A stretch of 62,006 bases of DNA from assembly GCA_041674205.1 (NCBI GenBank), contig JBAYWF010000007.1:1-62006 (forward strand), written 5' to 3'. The translations under genes were made by a program, and so were the position numbers. Below are positions 34,857-44,263 of this stretch, one piece after another (position 1 is the first letter of the stretch; every line of letters starts with the position of its first letter). A model generated the notes under the pieces. That model was not told the DNA's origin, made no database searches, and saw only the letters and a program-made list of their open reading frames with translations. This DNA comes from Parcubacteria group bacterium. Lineage in GTDB: Bacteria > Patescibacteriota > Minisyncoccia > Moranbacterales > UBA2206.

Positions 34857-35738
34857 ATGGTTAAAGACGTATCGTCAGGTTGCTGTATGGAGTTAGATGA
34901 ATTGAAAAGCTTTCTTGATAACGCCCATGATTTGTTCCAGGGCGTAGATGGGGAAGGAAAAATAGTATATGTCAACAAGGCTTGGCTTGACAGCCTTGAA
35001 TATGATAAAGAAGAAGTCATGGGTAAAAATATTTTCACGTTTATCGCTCCGGACTCATTGGATCATTGCTTGAAAAAATTCGAGCATTTGATGAATGGCG
35101 GGAAACTTGTGAATCTGGAGGTGACGTTTCTGACGAAATCCGGAGGAAGGATTATTGCAGAGGGAAACGTGGTCCTGATTCACAGGGCGGACGGATCATT
35201 TTTTACCCGCGGAATCTTCCGCGACATAACGGAGCGGCGGGAATTGGAAAAAAATATTTTCCATCTCGCTACCCATGACGCATTGACGGACTTGATGAAT
35301 CGTCACGCATTCATGGATTGTTTGGCTAAGGATATGGAATATGCCAAACGTTATGGACAAAAAATAGCCATCGTTTATTTCGACCTGGATAGGTTCAAGC
35401 AGATCAATGATAGTTTTGGCCATGCTGCCGGGGACGCTGTCCTGGTGGCGGTGGCAAACAGGCTGAAGGCCTATATGCGCGGCAGCGATTATGCCGTTCG
35501 TTTCGGTGGCGATGAATTCGGGCTGGCGATAAAGTCTATCAGTAGCCAGGAAATATCCGTGGTGGTAAATAGGCTGACCGAAGCCGTTACGGAACCGATC
35601 ATTTTCAGCGGTCACACGCTGACCGTGGGTATGAGCGTCGGTCTGGCCATCTATCCGGATGACGCTCAAAAGGCGGAGGAATTGATAAGATTGGCCGATG
35701 CCAAGATGTATGGGAATAAGGCACGGCAAAGGGATTGA
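34857..35738 (+). CDS. PAS-domain diguanylate cyclase (GGDEF)
   Basis: PAS N-terminus and a GGDEF domain with RFGGDEFG. Confidence 0.85.
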   Translation: MVKDVSSGCCMELDELKSFLDNAHDLFQGVDGEGKIVYVNKAWLDSLEYDKEEVMGKNIFTFIAPDSLDHCLKKFEHLMNGGKLVNLEVTFLTKSGGRIIAEGNVVLIHRADGSFFTRGIFRDITERRELEKNIFHLATHDALTDLMNRHAFMDCLAKDMEYAKRYGQKIAIVYFDLDRFKQINDSFGHAAGDAVLVAVANRLKAYMRGSDYAVRFGGDEFGLAIKSISSQEISVVVNRLTEAVTEPIIFSGHTLTVGMSVGLAIYPDDAQKAEELIRLADAKMYGNKARQRD

Positions 35739-35750
35739 GCATGCGCTCGG

Positions 35751-35785
35751 AGGGGTTGTAAAAAATTACAACCCTTTTTTTTGTA
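35751..35785 (+). terminator. intrinsic terminator
   Basis: GGGTTGTA-aaaaat-TACAACCC followed by a T8 run. Confidence 0.6.
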
Positions 35786-35991
35786 TTTTTTATCGTGGCG
35801 CATGGATTCGGATATGCCTTGACCGGAATGGTACCAGGCGAAAACGCGTCAATCAGCTTGTGAAACGATTGTGGATTGAAGCTGGAATCTTGAAAAACGG
35901 CATAAACGACGCTATCGCCTGAAAATGTAGAATAAAAATAAAAATAAATTGTAATTAGATGCAGTGGCGCATAAATGATTGATAAAAAATT

Positions 35992-36423
35992 ATGATACAA
36001 AAAGCATATTTGGCGATGGGTTGTTTTTGGGGGCCGGATGAATTCTTCTCCGATTTGCCGGGTGTTTTCAGGACACGCGTCGGATATAGCGGAGGAGGGA
36101 AAGCCAATCCGACGTATAACGATTTAGATGGGCATTCCGAGACTGTCGAAATCGAGTTTGACCCTGGAAAAATGCCGTACGCGGAGATTCTAAAATATTT
36201 TTTCAGCGAGCAGGATCCCGGAAGCCGGGAAGAAACACGGTATCGCTCAGCTATTTTTTATTTGGATGATGCGCAAAAAGAGATCGCCGAAGCGGCCAAA
36301 AAAGAAGCGGAAAAAGAATATGGTCCGATTGCGACCTCTATCGAGCCTTTTGGAAAATTTTATCCAGCCGAAGGATACCATCAAAAATATCTGCAAAAAT
36401 TAAAAGCTGAAAAAATGCTATGA
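35992..36423 (+). CDS. msrA: peptide-methionine (S)-S-oxide reductase
   Basis: GCFWG active-site motif and GYHQKY. Confidence 0.9.
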   Translation: MIQKAYLAMGCFWGPDEFFSDLPGVFRTRVGYSGGGKANPTYNDLDGHSETVEIEFDPGKMPYAEILKYFFSEQDPGSREETRYRSAIFYLDDAQKEIAEAAKKEAEKEYGPIATSIEPFGKFYPAEGYHQKYLQKLKAEKML

Positions 36424-36830
36424 TTGAGAAAATAAACAAAAGTTCGGACGAATGGAAAAAAATCCTGACTCCGGATGTTTATGCGATTACGCGTGGCAAC
36501 GGAACCGAACCGGCTTTCAAAAATGCCTATTGGAACAATGAAAAAGAAGGATTATATAAATGCTCCAATTGCCAGCTTGTACTTTTCAGTTCCGAACATA
36601 AATTCGATTCCGGAACCGGCTGGCCGAGTTTTTGGAGGTCCTATAAAGAAGAAAATGTGGTTTTCCATACCGATCGTTCACAGGGCATGGTTCGGAAAGA
36701 AGCCCGTTGCGCCCGTTGCGGTTCGCACTTGGGGCATGTTTTTGAAGATGGTCCGGTGCCGACAGGTTTGCGGTTCTGTATGAATTCCGCCGCGCTTATT
36801 TTTGAACAGGATCTACCCGATGAAATTTGA
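36420..36830 (+). CDS. msrB: peptide-methionine (R)-S-oxide reductase
   Basis: CxxC...CxxC zinc site, GHVF and RFCMNS motifs. The start overlaps the msrA stop (ATGA). Confidence 0.9.
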   Translation: MIEKINKSSDEWKKILTPDVYAITRGNGTEPAFKNAYWNNEKEGLYKCSNCQLVLFSSEHKFDSGTGWPSFWRSYKEENVVFHTDRSQGMVRKEARCARCGSHLGHVFEDGPVPTGLRFCMNSAALIFEQDLPDEI

Positions 36831-36970
36831 AGCAGGTCCATCCGAGGTTTTGACGCAAACAGCTAGAATGAAGCCATTTGAAGTCCGGCCGTTTTGATGT
36901 TAATGTTTTTTTAATATACGTCTGCTAAACTGAAGTTGTACAGGCAAATAATCCGTTATCTAATAAAAAT

Positions 36971-37636
36971 ATGCGCATTTTAGTCGTAGAAGACGAACCG
37001 GCAATCGTGAGAATAATCAAAAACGGCTTGCAACAAAGCGGGCATATAGTCGATACCGTGGAAGATGGAGGTGAAGCGAAGAGCCGCGTGGAGATTTATG
37101 ACTACAATGTCATAATTTTGGACATAATGCTGCCGGGAGCTGACGGGCTCGAGATATGTAGCTATATCAGGAAATTGGAGCTGGATTCTAAAATAATAAT
37201 GCTTACCGCCAGGGATGATATCGATAACAAAGTTTCCTGCTTGAACGCGGGCGCTGACGATTATATGACCAAGCCTTTTTCCATCGTGGAACTGGAAGCC
37301 CGCGTCCGGGCGGTCGGCCGTCGGGAACGGATCGCTTGCGGGACGAAATTGGAAATGAAAACTTTGAAAATCGACCCGCTTACCAAAGCGGTTTTCGTGA
37401 AAGGCAAACCCATCAAGACATCCTTGACCGAATACCGCCTTTTGGAATATCTTTTGCGCCACCGGAATGAAATCTGCACCCGGACGATGCTGGGCGAGAA
37501 CGTTTGGGGCGACAAGGAGCATGTTTCCAACGTGATAGACGTCACTATCAGCAAATTGCGGAAAAAACTGAAAAAAGCCAACGACGATATGGACATAATC
37601 CACACGATTCCGAAATCCGGGTACAGGGTCTATTAA
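36971..37636 (+). CDS. OmpR-family response regulator
   Basis: Receiver domain (VEDE...ILDIMLPGADG...K) plus a C-terminal winged-helix trans_reg_C domain. Confidence 0.9.
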   Translation: MRILVVEDEPAIVRIIKNGLQQSGHIVDTVEDGGEAKSRVEIYDYNVIILDIMLPGADGLEICSYIRKLELDSKIIMLTARDDIDNKVSCLNAGADDYMTKPFSIVELEARVRAVGRRERIACGTKLEMKTLKIDPLTKAVFVKGKPIKTSLTEYRLLEYLLRHRNEICTRTMLGENVWGDKEHVSNVIDVTISKLRKKLKKANDDMDIIHTIPKSGYRVY

Positions 37637-37650
37637 AAGTTTCAATTAAA

Positions 37651-38808
37651 ATGGATATGGATAAATTGAACGAACTGAATAAACGGATTTTGGATAGCGC
37701 GCCTATCAGTATCATAACCATAGATAAGAATGGGAATATAACTTCGGCTAATAAGTATTATCAAAATTTTTCCGAAAACAAGAATTATCAAAATTGCAAT
37801 ATATTCACCAATGACTTTTTCATAAGAGAAGGGTTGTTGAAAGATTATAGGAGACTGCTGGATAAAGGCGTAGCGTTCAGGAAAGAAAATTGTTATGAAC
37901 GGAATAACAAAGGTGAAGATAAATACTTCAAAATTATCGCGGTACCATTGCGCGATAAGAATGGGAATGTAGATGGCGCTTTATCTATGGCGGTAGATAC
38001 CACTGACGCCGTGCTGTTCAAGAATGAATTGGAAAAATTGAACAGGGAATTGGAGGCTAAGGTAAAACTGAGAACCATCAAATTGAATGACGCCAATAAA
38101 AAACTAAATAAGGTTCTTGAATTGAAATCTACGTTTATGTCCGATATATCCCACGAGCTTCGGACCTCGCTGGCAATTATCCAAGGCAACGTCGAATTGT
38201 CCGTCAATTGTTTGGGTATTAAGGTTGATGATCTGGAATCTTGCAAACAGGTCACTCTGGAAATCAAGCGGATGTCGTCTATGCTGTCAGATTTGACTTT
38301 GTTGTCCAATTCCAGCGCGTCCGAACAAAAATTGAAATTTGAAAAATTCAATTTGGATGATCTGATCAAATCCACACTCAAGGCATTAAAGGCGGTGGCC
38401 CGAGAAAAAAACGTCAAGTTGCGACACAAAAAAAACGAAGCTTCCTTGGAAATAAAGGCCGATTATGACAAGTTGGAAAGATTATTGATTAATCTGATCA
38501 GAAATGCTATACGTTATAATAAGCCAAATGGCTGGGTGGATGTCTGGGCTGAAGAGGTAGGGGATAATATCGTCCTGAAAGTGAAGGATAATGGCATCGG
38601 GATACCCAAGGAGCATCTATCTAACGTTTTCGAACGTTTTTATCGGGTAGACAAGGCCCGATCAAGGCGTGAAGGCGGTTCCGGTCTGGGCCTGGCCATT
38701 TGCAAATGGGTTGCGGAAGCGCATAATGGCCAAATAGATGTTTCCAGTGAAGTCGGAAAAGGCACTCTTTTCACGGTGCGTTTGCCGAAGAAACTGAAAA
38801 AACAATGA
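37651..38808 (+). CDS. cytoplasmic PAS sensor histidine kinase
   Basis: ATG at 37651; the longer ORF from 37504 overlaps the RR gene. PAS domain, H-box SHELRTSL, N/G boxes NAIRYN, DNGIGI, GGSGLGLAI. No TM segments seen. Confidence 0.85.
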   Translation: MDMDKLNELNKRILDSAPISIITIDKNGNITSANKYYQNFSENKNYQNCNIFTNDFFIREGLLKDYRRLLDKGVAFRKENCYERNNKGEDKYFKIIAVPLRDKNGNVDGALSMAVDTTDAVLFKNELEKLNRELEAKVKLRTIKLNDANKKLNKVLELKSTFMSDISHELRTSLAIIQGNVELSVNCLGIKVDDLESCKQVTLEIKRMSSMLSDLTLLSNSSASEQKLKFEKFNLDDLIKSTLKALKAVAREKNVKLRHKKNEASLEIKADYDKLERLLINLIRNAIRYNKPNGWVDVWAEEVGDNIVLKVKDNGIGIPKEHLSNVFERFYRVDKARSRREGGSGLGLAICKWVAEAHNGQIDVSSEVGKGTLFTVRLPKKLKKQ

Positions 38809-38872
38809 ACATGGAAGTTTAAAAGAGGCGTATGGATCCTAAATGATCTTTAAAAACCAATGAGGTGATGAG

Positions 38873-40198
38873 ATGGAAAAAAATGAGAAGTTAAAAGTTC
38901 TGATTGTGGATGACAGCCACTTTGATCTCACTCTCATTGCCAATCAGCTTGACGGCAGTGAGTTCGAGGTTTTTTTGGCCCAGGATGTCAATGAGGCGGT
39001 GGAGGCAATGCGGAACAATCATTTCTCCCTGGCAATGATTGACATCAATCTGGGAGTGGAGGATGGCTCCCAGGTCGGAAGGGCTTTGCAGGAAGCCGAT
39101 CCTGCAATGGCAACCATCTTGATGACCGGGGCGGTCGGAAACTTCCGCGAAGCCTTCGAGGGCTTTGACGAATATATCGTCAAGGGGTGTTGCGAAGAAG
39201 ATTTATTGCGGATAATCCGAAACACTTTATATAGGCATATGATGCCTCGCGAAATAAGGTTTCGGAGGCTGGAATTGTTATACAATCTTCAGCCATGCAA
39301 AGAATTGCTTTCGGGCGTGTATCGCAGGATAATTTCCGAGCCTGCTGGCGACCTCGAAAAGATGGTCGGAAAACTGTCCAAGGATAAAAAATTTATTTCT
39401 TGGAACGTATATAGGCTCATGACAAGTCCTAATGCGTTTACGACCAGTTGTGTTTCAACGGTCGGATGCATCGGCCGTTGCCGTTTTTGCGTGCACGGTC
39501 GGGACTATCTTGTCCGGCTTCTGGACTGGCAGGAGATAGTCGCCCAAGTCCTGTATTCCCTGGACAGTCTATTGGCCAAAGGGGTTTTTGAACCAGACAT
39601 GGTTTTGCAGCCTAAGCTCAACTTTACGGGTATGGGCGAACCCCTTTCCAATCTTAAAAATGTTAATCTGGCTATTCGTAGGTTAGCCGCCATCAAGGAT
39701 CTTGACTTCAGGTTCATAATTACGACCATCGGTCGTGAACTCGATTTGAAAATGTTTGTCAATAGCCTTGATAATCTAGATATGGATCTCTCGAGATTGA
39801 GATTGTATCTGTCAATCAATTTCATGGATCCGGAAATGCGAAAAAAGATGATGCCGGCCACTAAGAACCAGAATCTGGCGGCAATCCGGGACTGGGCTCT
39901 CAAGTTCGGAGAGAAAACCGGAAACACCACTACGGCGTCGTTCATCTTGGTTCCTGGAATGAATGACGGTGATGCCGAAGGTATGGTCAGGGATTGGGGC
40001 GAGTTCGATATAAAATTGCAAGCTTTTGCCTCGTCTCCGGGCTTCAAGCCGTTAAAAACGGCCAGCAAGTCCCAGTTGGAAGAATTCAGGGAAAAGCTGG
40101 TCCAGGCCGGTGCGAAAAATGTCCGCATCCGGACCGTGATCGGCAGCTCTCGGAATGCTGGTTGCGGTTCAAATTCACCAGATCGGGAATTGTTTTGA
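38873..40198 (+). CDS. receiver (REC) domain fused to RlmN/Cfr-family radical SAM methyltransferase
   Basis: Residues 1-120 are CheY-like (VDDS, MIDINL). The C-terminal part has SCVSTVGCIGRCRFC, GMGEPLSN, SINFMDPEMRKKMMP, ILVPGMND and a terminal NAGCG. These are collinear with RlmN/Cfr motifs, including both mechanistic cysteines. Confidence 0.75.
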   Translation: MEKNEKLKVLIVDDSHFDLTLIANQLDGSEFEVFLAQDVNEAVEAMRNNHFSLAMIDINLGVEDGSQVGRALQEADPAMATILMTGAVGNFREAFEGFDEYIVKGCCEEDLLRIIRNTLYRHMMPREIRFRRLELLYNLQPCKELLSGVYRRIISEPAGDLEKMVGKLSKDKKFISWNVYRLMTSPNAFTTSCVSTVGCIGRCRFCVHGRDYLVRLLDWQEIVAQVLYSLDSLLAKGVFEPDMVLQPKLNFTGMGEPLSNLKNVNLAIRRLAAIKDLDFRFIITTIGRELDLKMFVNSLDNLDMDLSRLRLYLSINFMDPEMRKKMMPATKNQNLAAIRDWALKFGEKTGNTTTASFILVPGMNDGDAEGMVRDWGEFDIKLQAFASSPGFKPLKTASKSQLEEFREKLVQAGAKNVRIRTVIGSSRNAGCGSNSPDRELF

Positions 40199-40603
40199 TT
40201 TCAAAAGGATAGCTGGCGCGATATCGCATCGGCTATCCTTTTTTTAATGGATTTTTAATCCATAAATATTGATATTTGCTTTATTTAAGGAGAATATCGT
40301 TTTTTAATAAATATTTAATAGGTTAATTTGGTATTATGGTAATACCTTTCGGGATATTCCATAATGGAGTATGGGAGGATCAGACGACGGCTATTTGTTG
40401 GTCCGATAAAAAAATCGGCCGATAGCCGAAAAAATTATGCCCGAAGCGATCGTCGCGGTCCGACAAAAAATAATTTTCTTTCGATAAAAAATCCGGATTA
40501 CTCCGGATTTTTGCCGGGCTTGACTCCTTTTTTCCGGCGGATGGATCGCGAAGTTTTTTTGAGGTCAGTTCCAGCGGACGCTTTTTTGTGGTAGGATTTA
40601 CGT

Positions 40604-41770
40604 ATGGAAAATAAAACATATTTGCCGGACTATCGGGGTGGGAGTATCGTCAATCTGATAAGTTCAATTAAGAAAGCTTTCGGAGGGAGTTCACAGTATG
40701 AACCGCTCAAGGATTTTGATGTTTCAGGTTTTGCGAAAAAAAGCATAGTGATAATCGTCATAGATGGATTGGGTTATGAATATTTGGTCAGATACGGCCA
40801 AGGCAGTTTTTTGCGTGAAAATCTGAAAGGCCGGATGACTTCGGTTTTTCCGGCGACAACCGCCGCGGCGATGACGAGCCTCCTATCCGGCGTCGCTCCG
40901 CAGCAACACGCCTTGACGGGCTGGTTTATGTATTTGAAGGAAATCGGGATACTTTCGGTGGTTATTAGATTTGCCTCTAGAGCTGGTAGGATTAATTTAT
41001 GCAAAAGCAGGATAAGCTTTGGTGATGTTTACGGACAGGAAAGTCTTTTTGAAAAATTGGATGCGGTTTCATTTTTGGTCAAGCGCAAGGATTATATCGG
41101 CAAGGCATATTCCCTTGCGACTTCCCGGGGAGCGGAGCGATTGGGCTACGTGACTTTGAACGGATTTTTCCGGCAGATACACAGGGCTTTGGATGGCAAT
41201 CGGAGCAGGAAATACGTATTCGCGTATTGGGACAGGTTCGATAACGTATGTCACAAAAAAGGGACGGATAGCCGGGAGGCGGAAAAACATTTCAGGGAGC
41301 TGGATAAGAAAATAGCGTCATTAGCCAAATCATTGGAAAACGAAAACACGGCGATTATCGTCACGGCCGACCATGGTTTGATTGACACGAAGGAGAGCGA
41401 TAGGATCATCGAATTGAAAAACCATCCGGAATTCGCCGCGACATTGTCGATGCCGCTGGCTGGAGAATTGCGGGCCGCCTATTGCTACGTGAAGCCGGAT
41501 ATGATCGGACAATTCGAGGATTATGTCAAGAGAAATTTCAACCAGTATTGCGATATGCATAAAAGCGCGGATCTGATCGAAAAAAATTATTTCGGTCTCT
41601 ATGGGCCGGATAGTAGGTTGGCAGATCGGATCGGCGATTACACTCTCATAATGAAAGAAAATTATATCATAAAGGATTCGGTTTTGGGTGAGGAGTATAA
41701 AATTTTTATCGGCAACCATGGTGGGACCAGCAAGGAGGAAATGTTCGTGCCGCTGGTCGTCATAGGATAG
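40604..41770 (+). CDS. alkaline-phosphatase superfamily phosphodiesterase/pyrophosphatase-like protein
   Basis: VIDGLGYEY, FPATTAAAMTSLLSG (nucleophile Thr) and IVTADHG metal-site motifs. Confidence 0.7.
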   Translation: MENKTYLPDYRGGSIVNLISSIKKAFGGSSQYEPLKDFDVSGFAKKSIVIIVIDGLGYEYLVRYGQGSFLRENLKGRMTSVFPATTAAAMTSLLSGVAPQQHALTGWFMYLKEIGILSVVIRFASRAGRINLCKSRISFGDVYGQESLFEKLDAVSFLVKRKDYIGKAYSLATSRGAERLGYVTLNGFFRQIHRALDGNRSRKYVFAYWDRFDNVCHKKGTDSREAEKHFRELDKKIASLAKSLENENTAIIVTADHGLIDTKESDRIIELKNHPEFAATLSMPLAGELRAAYCYVKPDMIGQFEDYVKRNFNQYCDMHKSADLIEKNYFGLYGPDSRLADRIGDYTLIMKENYIIKDSVLGEEYKIFIGNHGGTSKEEMFVPLVVIG

Positions 41771-41972
41771 GGGTCAATATGGCCGGTAATCGGAAAGTTA
41801 CCCTATTTTTTGCGGAAGACCGACTGGGTCCGTGCAGTATCGTGCGTGGCAATTTATCCGTAGTGGATCAAATCAAGAATCGTAAATACATATTATTCCA
41901 GCTGTCGCTATGATGGCAGAATAAAAACCACCAGCTTGTCCGCCGGTGGTTTTTTTATCCGTTGCGATATTA

Positions 41973-43208
41973 TCAGTTGATGAAAGTCAAAGCAGTCCCG
42001 GTTTTGTCAGCGCGACCGGTCCGGCCGATACGGTGGATGTAGTCTTCATAGCTGGCTGGCAGATCGAAGTTGATGACATGGCTGACGTTTGGGATATCTA
42101 ATCCGCGGGCGGCGACATCGGTAGCGACCAGGATATCTATGCGGCCGTTCTTGAATTGCTGCAATGAGTGTTGGCGCTGGTAGTGCGATTTATCGCCATG
42201 GATCGATTCCGCTTTGAAACCTAACTTAGCGAGGGCTTGGGAAAGTTTTTCCGCTCCGCGCTTGGTGCGGGTAAAAATCAGGATTTTTTGGAAATGCGAT
42301 TGGATGAGCAGTTTGCGCAGGACTTCCACTTTGTCTTCATCTTTGCCGACACGCACGATATCTTGGTCGACTTGGGCCGAAGTCTCGCGCGACTTGATGG
42401 AAATCCGGATCGGATCAGTCAGGAATTGTTGGACTAAAGCTTCGATCTCCTTGGAAAGCGTGGCGGAGAAAAGCAATGTGTGCCGCGGACTGGACAAAAG
42501 TGACATCAATAATTTGACATCATTGATAAAGCCCATATCTAACATCCGGTCGGCTTCGTCCAATACGACATTAGTGAAAGTTTCCAGTTTCAAATCTTTG
42601 CGGTTGATGAGGTCTTTGAGCCGTCCGGGCGTACCGATGACGACATTGTGTCGCGAACGCAGGCGTTGGATCTGTGGACGGATATTGGCACCGCCGACCG
42701 CTACGACCGCCTGGATGCGGAGCCCTTCGGTAAAAGCGATGAATTCTTCTTGGATCTGGATGGCAAGTTCGCGGGTCGGAACGACAATTAGCAGTTTCTG
42801 TTTTGGATCGTGGATGATCTTATCGATCATCGGCAACAAGAAAGCGCCGGTCTTGCCGGTGCCGGTATTAGCCAGTCCGATGACATCTTTGCCAGCCAGG
42901 ATGTGGGGGATAGTTTTAGCTTGGATGTCGGTAGGATGCTCAAATCCGCGTTTTTCAATCGCGCGTTTCAAAAGGCTATCGAGGGCGAGATCGGCAAAAA
43001 GCGATTTTACGGTATGGACCGTTTCCGCTTGCGCCGGCTCGGCTTTGTTGATGAACATCTTCGGGTCGATATAGGCGCCGGTAAATCCGCCTTTGCGGCT
43101 TCCGCCGGAACTTTTACGGCTATTGGCGGTTTTTACGCCTCTGAATCTTGAATTTTGGGCAGGCCGTCCTGTCGGGGCGGAATTGCGCCTCGGGTTTCTA
43201 TTGTACAT
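41973..43208 (-). CDS. DEAD-box ATP-dependent RNA helicase
   Basis: Q-motif, AxTGTGKT, DEAD, SAT and HRIGRTGR motifs. Arg/Gly/Ser-rich N-terminal tail. Confidence 0.9.
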   Translation of the reverse strand: MYNRNPRRNSAPTGRPAQNSRFRGVKTANSRKSSGGSRKGGFTGAYIDPKMFINKAEPAQAETVHTVKSLFADLALDSLLKRAIEKRGFEHPTDIQAKTIPHILAGKDVIGLANTGTGKTGAFLLPMIDKIIHDPKQKLLIVVPTRELAIQIQEEFIAFTEGLRIQAVVAVGGANIRPQIQRLRSRHNVVIGTPGRLKDLINRKDLKLETFTNVVLDEADRMLDMGFINDVKLLMSLLSSPRHTLLFSATLSKEIEALVQQFLTDPIRISIKSRETSAQVDQDIVRVGKDEDKVEVLRKLLIQSHFQKILIFTRTKRGAEKLSQALAKLGFKAESIHGDKSHYQRQHSLQQFKNGRIDILVATDVAARGLDIPNVSHVINFDLPASYEDYIHRIGRTGRADKTGTALTFIN

Positions 43209-43393
43209 CTGGTTGAAACATAAAAATTAAAAATTTTATGTCTCAACTCGACTAGAAGAAGCTATCCGTGAAGTATTAACATAAAAAGCCAGTATACCAG
43301 CTTGCGGAAGGTTTGTCAATAGGCCGGGCCGGATGTTATAATAAAAGAAGAAAAATATCGGGACACATAAGCCTTAAATCTAAGTAAAAAAAT

Positions 43394-44221
43394 ATGGCAA
43401 TGGAAACTGAAATCCAACCGGAAGCGGTCCGACCACGGGCTGAAAAGATGTTCCTCCTGGTTTTTGTCCTGCTGATAGCCGGTTCGATAGGCGTAACCTA
43501 TTGGAAGATAATGGTCAAGCGCGATTATGTGATTATGGCGCAAGCCGATTGTGATCCATATGAGGAAAAATGTTTCGTGCATATTTGCGATCCGGATCCG
43601 GCTGCAGACGGGGAGTGGTGCACGGGCGATCCGGAAGAGGATACTTGGTATACGAAAAACATCCGTCGTATGGCCTATAATATTCCGGATTGCGATCCGA
43701 ATGACGAGGATTGCGCGGCTCTGGTTTGCGAAGAAGGGGAGGAAAATTGTTCCTATGAATATTGCGACGGAACAAATGTTCCGGAAGGCGACACTTGCAA
43801 CGATCCGGTGCGATATGCTATAGATAATCCGGCGGAGGATGAAGAAGCTGAATGTGATCCGGAAACGGAAGAAGATTGCGTCATTGAAGAGGGGGTGGAA
43901 TGTGATCCGGAGACCGATGATTGCGCGGCCAGCGAAGGAACTGAGTGCGATCCGGCCACTGAGGATTGCAACGTCGAAGAGAATCCAGCCGCATGCGATC
44001 CGGAAACGGAAGATTGCGCGGTGGATGGAACCGCTGAATGTGATCCGGCTACGGAAGATTGTAGTGCTGGGGATGCTGCTGAGTGCGATCCAACCACGGA
44101 GGATTGCGGCGCGGATGGGAATTCTGCGGCTGGCGAAAGCCTTTCGGTTTCAGATGGCATAAATGCGGATAGTTCCTGCCAAAGCGATGCTGACGGAGTA
44201 TGTCCGCTGGGAAAAGAATAG
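43394..44221 (+). CDS. membrane-anchored acidic Cys-rich repeat protein (CDPxTEDC repeats)
   Basis: One N-terminal TM helix, then 11 CDP motifs including 7 tandem ~14-aa units of xECDPxTEDCxxxx. Confidence 0.65.
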   Translation: MAMETEIQPEAVRPRAEKMFLLVFVLLIAGSIGVTYWKIMVKRDYVIMAQADCDPYEEKCFVHICDPDPAADGEWCTGDPEEDTWYTKNIRRMAYNIPDCDPNDEDCAALVCEEGEENCSYEYCDGTNVPEGDTCNDPVRYAIDNPAEDEEAECDPETEEDCVIEEGVECDPETDDCAASEGTECDPATEDCNVEENPAACDPETEDCAVDGTAECDPATEDCSAGDAAECDPTTEDCGADGNSAAGESLSVSDGINADSSCQSDADGVCPLGKE

Positions 44222-44263
44222 ATAAGACAGGTGTTTTTTGAAGGCTGATATCATAATTAATCT

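Noticed and set aside
36980-37645. 221-aa minus-strand ORF covering the whole response-regulator gene. Similar full-length antisense ORFs lie at 49826-50926 (proS), 54004-55035 (ispH), 55380-56156 (aspS), 52119-52847 (ABC), 57572-58399, 59795-60670 and 48900-49712.
   Set aside because: In each case the opposite strand encodes a protein with unmistakable family motifs. The antisense translations are His/Arg/Phe-rich with no motifs. They are typical long shadow ORFs.
40210-40603. ORFs 40364-40594 (+) and 40380-40619 (-) and possible small RNAs in the hairpin-rich spacer after the REC-rSAM gene
   Set aside because: Both ORFs overlap each other, lack an RBS and have low-complexity translations. 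The region contains several short hairpin/A- or T-run units (for example AAAAATCCGGAttactCCGGATTTTT at 40488-40513) but no clear promoter-terminator pair. The evidence is insufficient for a feature call.
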